Shown here one piece after another: positions 29,201-41,700 of a stretch of DNA of 61,443 nt (position 1 is the first letter of the stretch; each line of letters begins with the position of its first letter). The translations under genes were made by a program, and so were the position numbers. The DNA is taken from the IMG/VR virus record IMGVR_UViG_3300042905_004017, positions 1 through 61,443 of that record. One strand, written 5' to 3'. Source of the stretch: a virus (lineage: Duplodnaviria; Caudoviricetes). The notes beneath the pieces are model-generated. The model was not told the origin of the DNA, searched no databases, and was given only the letters and a program-made list of their open reading frames with translations.

Positions 29201-29768
29201 AAGTCCCAACAACCTAATTGACTTTTACATATTGACCAAGTCATATTCCAATGATTATTTTGCTTACCTAACTGATACCAGCAACAAAGTGGCAGAACCT
29301 GTAGCACCCACTATTGCAGACTTAAAAACAGAGTTTGGATCAATTGAGGCATTGAAAACAATCAGTGACAGTATCATTTACAATCCGGCTGTGTTCAAAC
29401 CGCTGTTCGGCAGCAAGGCAGCGGCAGCTTTACGAGCCACTTTTAAAGTGATCAAAAATCCAAATTTGACAATCAGTGACAACGAAGTAAAAAGCCAAGT
29501 TATTGCAGCAGTTAATGCCTACTTTGATATCAACAACTGGGATTTTGGTGAAACATTTTACTTCAGCGAACTGAGTGCATATTTGCACACTTCACTGGTC
29601 CCTTATGTGAGCAGTATTGTGATAGTACCTTCAAACACTGACAGTAGATTTGGAACTTTATATCAAATAAACGCAGACCCAGACGAGATACTGGTCAGCG
29701 CAGCCACAGTAGATAATGTACAGATTATACCTGCAATCACAGCAGCTCAATTGAATATGATTGGTTAA
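26286..29768 (+). CDS. gp6: Baseplate wedge subunit, gp6-like
   Basis: DF....S....LID.IA....L.F..D...RE.FLDTA.RRDS...LA....YNPKR, FGDG, and ES..EI...AP..Y..QNRMVT.EDY; TAAATA at 26261. Confidence 0.85.
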   Translation: MAITTRQTSLLVQQDWTKIYQTFREADFQSFDYETLRKSMIEYLRTYYPEDFNDFTDSSEYIALIDLIAFLGQSLAFRADLNARENFLDTAERRDSILKLARLISYNPKRSTPASGFLKFDSVSTTETLFDSTGINLSNVIISWNDSTNENWLEQFTAIINAALVSNQAVGKPGATKNLNGIRTDEYAVDIIGGITPTYPFSTSIAGVTYPFEAVSATSLDQEYIYEAAPSTSAAFNILYRNDNQGNSSNNTGYFFYFKQGTLNSLDFNITESLNNRIVNVNFDNINNTDVWLYSLTSSDNLDTLWTQVPAVNGINVIYNNTDERNLYSVASRANDQIDLVFGDGSFTNIPVGNFRVFYRTGNNLTYKITPDEMSGITIVLPYRGRTGRAETLTVRASLQYTVTNAISRESLDEIRTKAPQQYYTQNRMVTGEDYNVLPYTSFNNILKLKAVNRTSSGVSRYLDVIDATGKYSSTNIFAEDGIIYKENYDETEVFQFTSSTEVNAIVRNTLKPLISSITTRHLYYDTATRYSPLGSPIVATSMAAGTTYKIISLGTTTFTSFGASENTVGTIFTATAVGTGTGTVATVGVWTQSGSSSGRSTGTFTSPNYTFLVQGSLVKFIAPAGKYFDAQNQLQTGTPETEYQRTSLWASIINYDSPGLTSVATLSVIVPTGAIVSEIIPVFANDWSESLINSIILQILSFKTFGLRYDIPTMSWKIIESQNLGSGNFSLANAGSTAGTGADNSWFVSLSFANGEYSAVSRGIDYYFQSERETRFYFDPDVRVYDSRTATTLVDFIKVLRINTEPDSSNALFYSQSYRIWDRAIGADGIDDNRKIKITFPDDNLDEVPDDPDLFLELVDPAVNPENKNVYFVESIDQYNFLRYDPVDPTTIVSAYQTKSSILDNITLYADGTIFYAVLGDASVPAENGPTFYQSEGVKLNVLTNYIARVGRQSLKFQYKHNAPNNRRIDPSPNNLIDFYILTKSYSNDYFAYLTDTSNKVAEPVAPTIADLKTEFGSIEALKTISDSIIYNPAVFKPLFGSKAAAALRATFKVIKNPNLTISDNEVKSQVIAAVNAYFDINNWDFGETFYFSELSAYLHTSLVPYVSSIVIVPSNTDSRFGTLYQINADPDEILVSAATVDNVQIIPAITAAQLNMIG

Positions 29769-29779
29769 TAGGAAAAATA

Positions 29780-32700
29780 ATGGCAGTTTTTAAAACATTA
29801 CAATTTTTACCTGAAATTTTTAGAACCGACACGAATAGAAAGTTCTTGCACGCCACTACTGACCAATTGGTCAGTGAACCAGATTTTACTAGGATAAACG
29901 GATACATAGGAAGAAAACTGGCACCTTCCTACAAAACCACAGACAGTTATCTAATTGAACCAACCAAACAAAGACAAGATTATCAGCTTGAGCCTAGCAT
30001 TGTTGTAAAAAATAGTGTGAGTGGTGACATTGAATTTGCCACTACCTATACAGACCTACTAAACAAAATAAATTTTTATGGTGGATACAGCGACAATCAT
30101 TCTCGTTTGTTTGACAACGAATATTATTCATATGATCCACAGGTTGATCTAGACAAGTTAGTTAATTTTGCACAATATTATTGGTTAGAAAATGGTCCTG
30201 CGGCTGTAAATGTTACTGCCAGCACAGTGCCGTTACAGCAGACATTCAACGTAACTTTTGATAGTGTAACAAATACCTATAAGTTTAGTGGGTTTAATGA
30301 TTCGCCTAATCCTATTCTGACACTGGCCAGAGGTGGACGTTATGTGTTTCAAATAAACGAACCTGGCAACAAGTTTTTTATTCAGTCTGGACCCAGCTCG
30401 TTGGGCGTAGACATCAATGCACCCAATCTGAGTACAAGATCAGTATTTGGCGTAAACAACAACGGTCAAGATGTTGGCAGTGTGATATTTCAAGTTCCCT
30501 TAATAGATTCACAAGACAACTGGACAAACATGACCGTGGTAGACACAGCAGACTATGCTACCAGTCACAGTTATCAATCTTTACAAGGCTGTTTGTTAAG
30601 TGACCTTAATGACGCATTAGGAGGCATCGATGGACCAACCTATTCATTGGACGGAGCCAGTGTTATTTTTATAAACACTGCATTCATTGATGATGTTTTT
30701 TGGCACAATACCGCTAGGATTACAAATGATGTAATCTACCTAGATCAAGATGTGCTAATACCGTTTAATCAAAGAAACGATGTTTATCAAATTACAATTT
30801 ACAATGATGAAGACGATAATGCAAGAATTTATCTCACTAGAAAAACCACAGTATCCAATGAACAAAAAGTTAGAATCGTATCTGGTGCGGTCAATGCAGG
30901 TAGAGAATTTTACAGTAGATTAGATATATTCTTTGAAGTGCCCCAAATTACTGCACCTTTGAGTTTGCTTTACTATCAAAGTGATCAAACTGATCAGGCA
31001 GTGGGTGGCATTCAATTGATTGATCCAGAATTGGCAATAATCGATCCTGATCTAGACATCATTGGGCAACAAAATTATGTGAGTCCTAATGGAGTAGTCT
31101 TTACAAACGGATTAAAAATTACGTTTGATTCGACGGCGACTGAGGCGTATGCAAGCAAAACATATTATGTAGAAGGTGTAGGCCAGTCAATTAAATTGGT
31201 TTTAGCAGCCGATCTTATAGTTCCAGAATTGGACAATCTGGCCACTCCAGATTATATCACTGTAAACAGAAGCAGTTTAGATCTCAATGCTTGGTCAAGA
31301 AGCAACAGATGGTTTCATGTTGACGTCATTGAAAAAACAGCCGAGTACAACAGTGTTGACCTGGTTTTAAATCAAAGTTTTAGAGCACAAAGACCAATCC
31401 TAGAATTTCGTCCTGATCTTCAGTTGTACAATTTTGGCACGGCCGCCAAAGCACCTGTTGATCTATTGGATGATTTAATTACCAATGCTTACACACAGGT
31501 TCAAGGTATAATGGTTCTTGAACCTGGCGATCCTCCCACTGAGTTGACTATCAGTCTAGTAAGAGATTCTTCTGATCTTATTGTAGGAAGAACATATGAT
31601 ATTACCACACTGGGCACCAGTGTATGGTCTAACGCTGGTGCCACATTGGTGTCAGCTGCAGGGTTAGAAGCAGGCACCGAATACATAATTGCCACAGTAG
31701 GTAACACAACTTGGACCACTGTAGGTGCAGCATCGGGTATTGCTGGTACAGTTTTTACAGCCACCGGGCCAGACGCAGGAACAACAGGCACTGCCTACAA
31801 AGTGAGATTCACAGCCACAGGTGTTACTGCCGGTACCGGATCTGCCACAGATATTGAAACTGTTACCATCAACGACGGTGATAGAATTATCTTCAGTGCT
31901 GATGATAATCTTGATGTAAGAAATAAAATATTCAATTTTTCAATTGTTGAGGCATCAACTCCCAGTGCCTTAACATCAATTTATAGAGCTTATATTGAAG
32001 AAGCCGACGACGCCGTTGTAGAAGAAGCACACACAATAGTTGTGCTTTCAGGAAAAAATGGAGAAAAACAATGGCACTACAATGGAACCACATGGGTACA
32101 AAGTCAACAAAAAACTGCTAGAAATCAAGCTCCTTTGTTTGATGTTATCAACAGCGATGGCGCCAGTTTTGCTGACTTTTCAGTGTATGCTGGATCACAA
32201 TTTCCTGGCACTAAAATATTTTCATACAAACAAGGCACAGGCACCAACGACCCAGTGTTGGGTTTTCCTCTCAGCTATAAAAATCTATTAACACAAGGTG
32301 ATATTGAATTTGAAAACAACCTTAACTTGGACACATTTTCATATCTACTGCCAGGCGGAATCGCGCAAACTGTAAATGTAAATACTGGTTTTTTACAAAA
32401 GAATCTTTCAAGAGACACCAGTACAAGACTGAACAATTGGGTAATAAACAACAACTTTAGCAAGCAGTATCAAATTTTCAGTTTCACATACGATGGAACT
32501 ACAAACTTGTTTCCTGTGGACATCATACCTGATATCAGCGTTGAAATTCCCAATATCAAAGTTGTGATCAATAACAAGTCAGTTGCTGTTGGAAGATTTG
32601 CCATTACCAAGACCGTGGACAAATTGGCTATCTTGGTAGATCCTGCTTTGTTATCAGTTGATGATGTGGTTTTTGTATCTATCTATAGCAAAAGTTCTGT

Positions 32701-35700
32701 ATCACAAACAGGATTTTATCAGGTACCTGTCAATCTTGATATTAACAGTCTCAACATTGACATAGACTTTTTGACTCTAGGTCAAATTAGAAATCACTTG
32801 ATTGAATACAAAAACAACAGTTTAGATATTGTAGGCGAAGTGCCAGGCGACAGTAATCTTAGAGACATAAGCTATCTTGATCGTGGCGGTAGTATCCTAC
32901 AACACAGTGCTCCTATAATTTATTCTGCTTTATTTTTAAATCATCCCATACTCAATTTAATTGATTCATTGAGATTGGCATCACGTGAATACAATCAATT
33001 TAAAATTAAGTTTTTAGAACTAGCTGCCAATCTAGATCTAGATCGAACCAATATAGCAGAATCTGTTGATGCCATCATGGCAGTGATTAATTCTGTTAAG
33101 AATGAAAATTTTCCATGGTACTACAGTGACATGGTTCCACACGGCGATGACGAAAAAACAACTATACCCAGTTATACAGTATTTGACACTGACATCAGAG
33201 CATATGAAATAACAAACATTTTTCAAGACAGTGTGATCAGTAACAAGGCTGTGTTTGTGTATCTTACACGCACATTGGAAAATGTAACAACTACCACCTT
33301 GCTGATTAAAGGACAAGACTATTATTTTGATCAAACTAGGCCAGCAGTGGTAATTCAAGACACTTTTAATCTGCTGTATAATGATATTTTAACCATTGTA
33401 GAATATAACAACACAGACGGAAGTTATGTGCCCGAAACACCAACAAAATTGGGTCTGTATCCAAAATTTGTTCCAGAAATTTATCTAGACAATACGTATC
33501 AAACACCAATCGAGGTAATTCAAGGACACGATGGTAGCATAACTCCGGCATTTGGTGACTACAGAGATCAATTGTTGTTGGAACTGGAAAGAAGAATTTA
33601 CAACAATATCAAAGTGGAATACGACGTTACCTTGTTCAATATCAATGATTATGTGCCAGGTAAATTTAGACTGTTAGATTACACTCTACGGGAATACAAT
33701 GAAATATTGGGTCAAAGTTTTTTGAGATGGGTGGGTACCAATCGAGTTGATTATTCCACAAACACAGTATTCACAGCGTCAGATGCATTTACCTGGAATT
33801 ATAAAAAATTCAAGGATGTAATTAACGCCGAAAACTTGCCAGGCACTTGGCGTAGCATATTCCGTTATTTCTTTGACACTGACCGGCCGCATACACATCC
33901 TTGGGAAATGTTGGGCTTCAGCGAAAAACCAGACTACTGGAACGACAGATATGGTCCTGCACCCTACACCGGCGGTAACTTTGTGCTATGGAGTGATTTG
34001 GAATCAGGATATATTCATGCTGGTGCTCGCGCAGGTATAGATTTAAGATACAGCCGACCTGGGCTGACTTCAATTATTCCAGTAGACGACAGCGGAAATC
34101 TACGTCCACCGTCGGAGTTCTTGGTCACAGATTTTTCCAGCGACAAAGCCAATACCAGTTATGCTGTGGGTGACATTGGTCCCACGGAATTGGCCTGGAG
34201 ACGCAGCAGCGATTATGCCTACGCTGTACAATATGCTTTGGCCGTTGCCAAGCCTGCCAGGTATTTTTCGTTACTGGCAGATGTCAAACGCTACTATAGA
34301 AATAGTGTGTTAGGACAGTTTTTAGATGTAGAAACAAACAAACATCTACAACCCAGCACAATCAGAGTTAACGGATACACAGACAGTGCCGGTAATGTCA
34401 GCAGAAGTGCCGGATACATCAACTGGATAAGAGATTATGTAAAAAATACCGGTGTCATGGATGCCAGTGACACAGTGAAAAATGTACTGGACAATATTTC
34501 TGTGCAGTTGACTTACAAAATGGCCGGTTATTCTGACAAAAAGTTCGTTGAATTACTGGCCGAACAGGTCAGCCCAAGCAGTATCAATGACAGTGTGATT
34601 ATACCTGACGAAAATTATGTTATTGAACTGTACAAAAGTGCTCCGTTGGCAAAAATTGTTTATTCTGCAGTTATCGTTGAAAAAACAGCCAACGGATATA
34701 CTGTGAGTGGTTACAATGTCAACGATCCATTTTTTAACATTATACCCAGTCTTGAAAATAACAATGCTTACAAAATAAATGCCAGTGGTCAATCTGCCAC
34801 TATTTTCAGAGACGCAAGAAGAACTGTTCAAACTGTACCTTACGGTTTTGAATTCGCAAAAACACAGCAAGTGGTTGACTTTTTGGTCAGTTATCAAAGA
34901 CACTTGATCTCGCAAGGTTTTACATTTGATGACAGAGAAAATTTACTCAACGAAGTAAAAGATTGGGTTTTGAGTGCCAAGGAATTTTTACATTGGACCA
35001 GCCAGGGCTGGAAGACCGGCAATATTATTGTGCTGAGTCCGATATCCAATCTTTTAAAAATAAAAAATACTAGTGCAGTGGTTGACGAAATAACCAACAC
35101 TCCTACCGGCAGCAGAGTCTTGGATGTAAATTACAAACCAATTGTCAAAAACGATTTCACAATTGTAAGGGACGATCAAGAATTTGTGTTCCGTGCAATT
35201 GCTGATCAGACCATTGGGTTGGCAGAATTCAACATGGTACAATACGAGCATCTCCTAGTACTAGACAATCAAACAGTGTTTAGAGATGTAATTTATCTTC
35301 CAGAGACTGGAAACAGACAATACAGAATTAAAATAATTGGAGCTAAAACCAATCTATGGAATGGAAGTTTAGAATTGCCCGGATTTGTATTCAGCAGTGA
35401 AAGAATAATTGAATGGTCGCCGGGAGTAGATTATCTCAAAGGCACAATTGTTGATTACAAACAAAGATTTTACACAGCTCAAGAAAATATTAGTGCAGCA
35501 GACAGTTTCCAAATTAAAAGTTGGAAGTTGTTAGATGCCAACGAAGTCAAAACTGGAGTTTTAAACAATTTGGCAACAAACGCCAGTGAGTCATTGAGAT
35601 ATTATGATATCAACGATCAACCTATAAATGAAGAAATACAGTTGTTCAGCAATGGATTGATTGGTTTTAGACCTCGGCAATATTTTACAAACTTGGGCAT

Positions 35701-38700
35701 TGATATAACCACACAATCAAAATTCTATCAAGGCCTGATCAAACAAGGCGGAACTTTGAACGCAATCAATGCTCTCAAAGGTGCTACCTTTAACAATTTA
35801 GATACTCAACCACTAAATCTTTTTGAAAACTGGGCCATTAGAGTAGGCGAATACGGAACCACAGATCTAAATCAATTCATTGAATTTATTCTGTCTGACG
35901 CTGAGTTTGATAACAATCCTGCGGTGTTCCAGGTAGTTGACATTGCTGCCAATGTACAAGTTGACGTCAAATCTTTTACGCAGGCAGATGTCTACAAAAG
36001 CAGCAGTGATTTTACCGCTGATTTTTTACGTGTTGAAAATCAAAATGAACCGCATGTTTTGAAACCGCTACCAGTAGCAGGATTTGTCAATCTCGATGAC
36101 GTAGATGCCACAGTGTTTGATATACAAGACACCAGCGAAAGCACATTTGTTCCAGATATTGGTACCGGCTACACCATATGGACTGCCAAGGACCTAAACA
36201 ACAATTGGAACGTGTTCAGAGCAACCAATGTGCCTGGAGTACCATTTTTGTTGAGATACAATGTGGGCGATCAGGCTGAGTTAGGTATGAACGTGCCACA
36301 CGGGCTGGCTGTAAATGACCTGGTAGCATTGACAAAATTTGACGAAAGATATGACGGCATTTACAAGGTAGATGCCGTGGTCGACAGTGACAGAATTATA
36401 ATCACAATCACAAACAATTTGCAAGAATTGATTGACAGTGAAGCAGTAATCGGAAATGGAATTTTATACAAACTAAAAAGCAGTCTATTAGAAACACCCA
36501 TTGACCTGGTCAACAACATACCCTATGATGGCTGGATCACCAACGACACTGTGTGGGTTGAAAATTTAGACAATCAAGGCAACTGGGGAGTGTACAGAAA
36601 AACTGACCCTTGGTCTTATGCAAGTAAAATACAACTGGGAGCCAGTCAATATGTAGGCAATGATCACTTTGGAAGATCAGTGGCCTTTGACAATAATGCA
36701 TTGTTCCTGTATGGTGGCGCTCCCGACAGCAATCGAGGACGAGTTAGTGTGTTTGCAAGGAATATATCTAACACCTGGGATGCGTATGGATTTTTGTCTG
36801 GAAACAATGCAAATTTAGATAGTTTTGGTAAAACTATCGCCACAGCCACAGTCGATGGCGTCAGCTATGTTGCTGTTGGAGCACCAGATTCATCAACTGG
36901 TGGTGTAGTTTACATATTTGAAAATCAAATTTTAATACAAATTTTAGCCAACGACACACCTGCTGCAGGAGATCAATTCGGCGCCAGCCTGGCAATGTCG
37001 GATGATGCAAAGTATCTGTATGTTGGTTCGCCGGGAGCAGACAAGTTTTTTTGCTACGTCTTGGACTATCCAAGACCAACCTCGGTACAAATTTTAACCA
37101 CATCTGGTGCAACCACTTACACCTTGGCAGAGTCTGCCTCCTACGCTGTAGACTTTGTTGTCAACGTGCCCACACTGATTTCACAATATTTTCCGTTTGT
37201 TGATTATACATTGGGCACTGCCACTAACGGTATTACATCATTTACAGCCACAGGAACTGCAACTGGTAGTGCTGCCACTTATTATGGTCTAGCAGCCACA
37301 GGCGGGGCAGGATCAGGCGCCAAGTTCTTTGTAGAAAAGTTATTCGATGATTCACCATCGCCTACACTGGTTTATCAAGTCACACTAGAAAATGCCGGTA
37401 CTGGATATGCTGCCACAAACACACTGACAATACCAGGAACCAGCCTGGGCGGTGCTTCGCCGGCCAACAATATCACAATTACCGTTGGCGCAGTAGGCGA
37501 AGTTTATAACATAACTTTTGGATCTGCACCAGCAGCTGGGCTGGAATTGTCAATCATAAGAAGACCCAACAAATACATCCGCTTTGGCAATATCACTGGT
37601 GAATCTGGGTCCAGCTACGGTACAGCAGTTGCATGTAATGCCACAGGTCAAGTGTTTGCCGTTGGTGCCAGCACTAGAACTGTCAATGACTCGACCAATG
37701 CTGGCACTGTTGATACCTGGCACGTGGAAGTGGCAGAAATTGTAACCAACGGAATAACAAACACTTTTACCTTTCCGTATAATTTTGGAGCAGCATACAG
37801 AGTATATCTCAATGATCAACTGATTTATGATTTTATAAATGCACCGGTTGGCGTATCACCGCTGTACACCGTTATTAGTTCCAACACAATACAGTACGGC
37901 GATCCAGGCACGCCAGTATTACCTGCAGGAAACAGATTCAAGGTAGAATTCAATAACATCATATACGATCAAACAATCAATCCCAACTTGATGGGTTTAG
38001 AAGGCAGCAGGTTTGGTTCTTTGTTGGCCATGTGCAATAATGGTTGCAACATATATGTGAGCAGTCCCAACTACAAAGAAGCAAATTATACCACCGGACT
38101 TGTCACACGCTATCTCAACATAGGTAGAATTTATGGTGAAATCATAGGAACGGTCACTAATCCGGTTGTAAACATCGGAGACAGCCTAAGCATTAACAAT
38201 GTGATAGTGACTTTCACAGGCACCACACTGGCATCTGTTGTCAATAATATCAATGGTGCAAACATACCTGGTGTGACAGCTTCGGCTGTTGACAACAAGT
38301 TAAAGATTACAAGCGACGTGGTAGTAGCAGCGGAAAAATTAAATATCTTGAACGGAAACTTTGGTGGCTCTGCACTGTTTTTATTGGGCATACAGCAATA
38401 CAAGTTTGTGCAGAATATCAAGCATCCTGAAGGCAGTGGCGAAACTTTTGGCACCGCACTCACAGTAGATCAAACAATTGATACCCTGGCAGTGGGAAGC
38501 AATGGTGCAGACATGGCTATTTCTACCACGTTTGATGCTGACGAAGGCACTGCTACCACATTTGATGGAACTGGTACTAAGTTTGTGCAGTTGATCGCAG
38601 ACAGCGGTGCAGTTTACATTTACAACCTAATGGCCAATCCGTTTGAGGATGTCAACAATCCGGCCTTGTATGCATATTCACAAAAACTTTCTGGTCCAGA

Positions 38701-41700
38701 CCTGGAAACCGGCTTTAATTTTGGAGCAGCAATAGCCTTGAGAGGCGAATATTTGACCATCGGTGTGTCAAATGACTATGACATTGTGACCGAAGGTGGC
38801 AGTGTGTATTTTTTCCGCAATCCAGACAGCAGGTCAGGATGGACCTTGATCAGAAACAAAGAACCAAGAGTGGATATTGGCGCAGTCTCTAGTGCATTTA
38901 TCTATAACCAAACCAATGAGAACATAATTGATTTCTTTGATTACATAGATCCAGTCAAAGGCAAGCTGCTGGGAGTGGTGGATCAAGAATTAGATTTCAA
39001 AGAAGAATATGATCCTGCCAGCTACAACACCTCAACACGAGCCGACACTATCAACAACACCAATTTTTATTGGTCGGACAAACAGGTTGCCAAGACGTGG
39101 TTGGATCTTGGCACAATGAGTTTTATTGACTATGAACAAGATACCATACAGTATAGAGCCAAGAACTGGGGCAGCTTGTTCCCGGGCAGCGTGGTCACAG
39201 TTTACGAATGGGTAGAGAGTGATTTTCTGCCCAGCTTGTACGCCACAGCAGTAGGCACCGGTGTGGCAAAATATCCAGATGATTCAGCCTATTCATCAGT
39301 GACCACTGTGGATCCTGTGACAGGTATCATCAGCCAAAAGTATTATTACTGGGTGTCTGGTTTGACCACTGTGGATGTAAATCGTGCAGTCAGAACCTTG
39401 AGCGCAAAGTCGTTGGAATCATACATTACCAATCCCAAGGATCAAGACATACCATACCTGGCCTTGTTAAATTCAAATGCAGTGGCAGTTTACAACATCA
39501 ACGACACTCTAAGCGGCAATGACATTGTGCTACACCTGGACACAAGCACGGCCAGAAATACCAATTTGATACACAACGAATGGCAGCTGGTACAACAGGG
39601 AGCAGGTGCCGATTCTATTCCATCGCGAGCAATCCTCAAACTCAAAGACAGCTTAGTTGGGTTCGACATAAATGATTTTAGTGTACCAGATCCGTTGTTG
39701 GCTGTACAAAACCGGTTGGGAATTCTAAGCAACCCAAGACAATCCATGCTGTTAAACAGATTGGTAGCGTTGGAAAACTATGTAGTAACCTTGAATTCCG
39801 TGTTGCTCAAGAATCCAATTCTGTTGACAAGAAACCCATCTTTGTTGTACGTGAACGATCCTGTGCCCACAACCGGTTTTGATACTCAAACCAATAACGT
39901 GGCCGATCTAGGTTATCTTGACACCAACGCCTATTATGACGGATACAAGGTGTTGATAACCAGCGACTCTACCTATCAAGGAAGATGGAGCATCTACAGT
40001 TTTAACTCGGCCACGGACAGTTTTGAAGTGTCAAGATTGCAGAGTTTCAGAACTACATTGTACTGGACAGCCACTGATTGGTATAGTGAGTCATACCAAT
40101 TTGGCAAAGATATCAATTTTACTGTAGACATCTACAGTGATACGCAGGCACTTGTTCTGACGCCAGGAAACTATGTCAAAGTGCTTGACAGTGGACAGGG
40201 ATCCTGGTTGATCTACGAAGTGTTAGCAGATCTCTCATTTGAGTTGATTGCAGCACAAAACGGGACTGTTCAAATTAGTTCAACAGTGTACGATGTGTCA
40301 GTGGGTGCAGGCTACGACAGCATTGTGTATGATACCAATGAATATGATTCACAACCAGTCAAAGAGTTACAAAATATCTATGACAGTGTGTATCGAGAAA
40401 TTTTAATTGATGATTTGAGCAACGAGTTCAACAACTTGTTTTTGACCATTATCAATTATATTTTTGCAGAACAAAAAAGTCCAGACTGGATTTTTAAAAC
40501 CAGTTTTGTGGACGTTTATCACAATCTAAGAGCACTACAAGAATTTCCTAACTATGTTAGAGACAATCAAAGTTTTTACGATGACTACATCAACGAAGTT
40601 AAACCTTACAGAACCATAGTTAGAGAATATGTTCCTTTGTACAATAGACAGGACGATGCCTACGGTGACTGGACAGATTTTGATTTGCCTAGTGCTTATG
40701 ACAGCAACACCAATGTTTACAAAAGTCCCAATGTGAACAATCCTGGCGATGCCGAACTGTTTACTTCAGACCTATACAGTGATTGGTACAGCAATTACAA
40801 ATTTAAAATAACCGATTACATAATTGGTAATGTTGGTTTGAACTATATCTTGCCTCCCAATGTGGAAATTACTGGTGGCGGTGGATCTGGGGCCAGTGCA
40901 ATTACAACAATCTTTGGCAATGGAAAAATTAGCGGTATCACTGTGATCAGTGCTGGGTCTGGTTACACATCTACACCCAATGTGTTTATAAATGGCGACG
41001 GAGTAGGCGCAACAGCATATCCTTTACTTAAAAATGAATACTATGCCTCGCAGGCCAATCTAAGTTATAATCTGGTGAGAAGTGTAGATACCATACTTAA
41101 ATTTGATAGATTGGATTACTCCAGCAATCTGATTGTATGGCAACCCAATACTGCCTATGCCAACACTGTGGTTGTGTCGGGTAATACTGCGGTGGATAGT
41201 GGCAACATTTATGTAAGTTCCGGCAATATCATTGTGTACAACAATCAGGCCTTTTTGGCCACCAATGCCAACGTGACCTCACAAGCTATATTTGATTTTA
41301 CAAGATACAGCAGAATTGACAGTGGCAACGTATTGTTAAACGCAATAGATAGAATCGTTGCCTATTACGAACCTGAAGTGGGCATGACTGGAAAAAATAT
41401 CAACCAGCTGGTGTATGGGACCGGTTACCCAGGCAGTTATCTACAAGGACCTGGATTTAGAGCAAATGCGTTTGAAGTGTCCAGCAACATTATTTCATTT
41501 GATTACGAAGGATTGACAATTGACAGTGCCAATATTGCAGCATTTGATTTTGTAAATTTGGGATTTGAAATTGATCAAAGTATCAGAATTGAAGCAAACG
41601 TGCCGTTTGATTTCCAGAACAATGGTTATTTTACAATTGTTAATGTAAATAGAGATAGCATGACTCTTACTGGACAACCAGTTGAGACAACTTGGAACTT

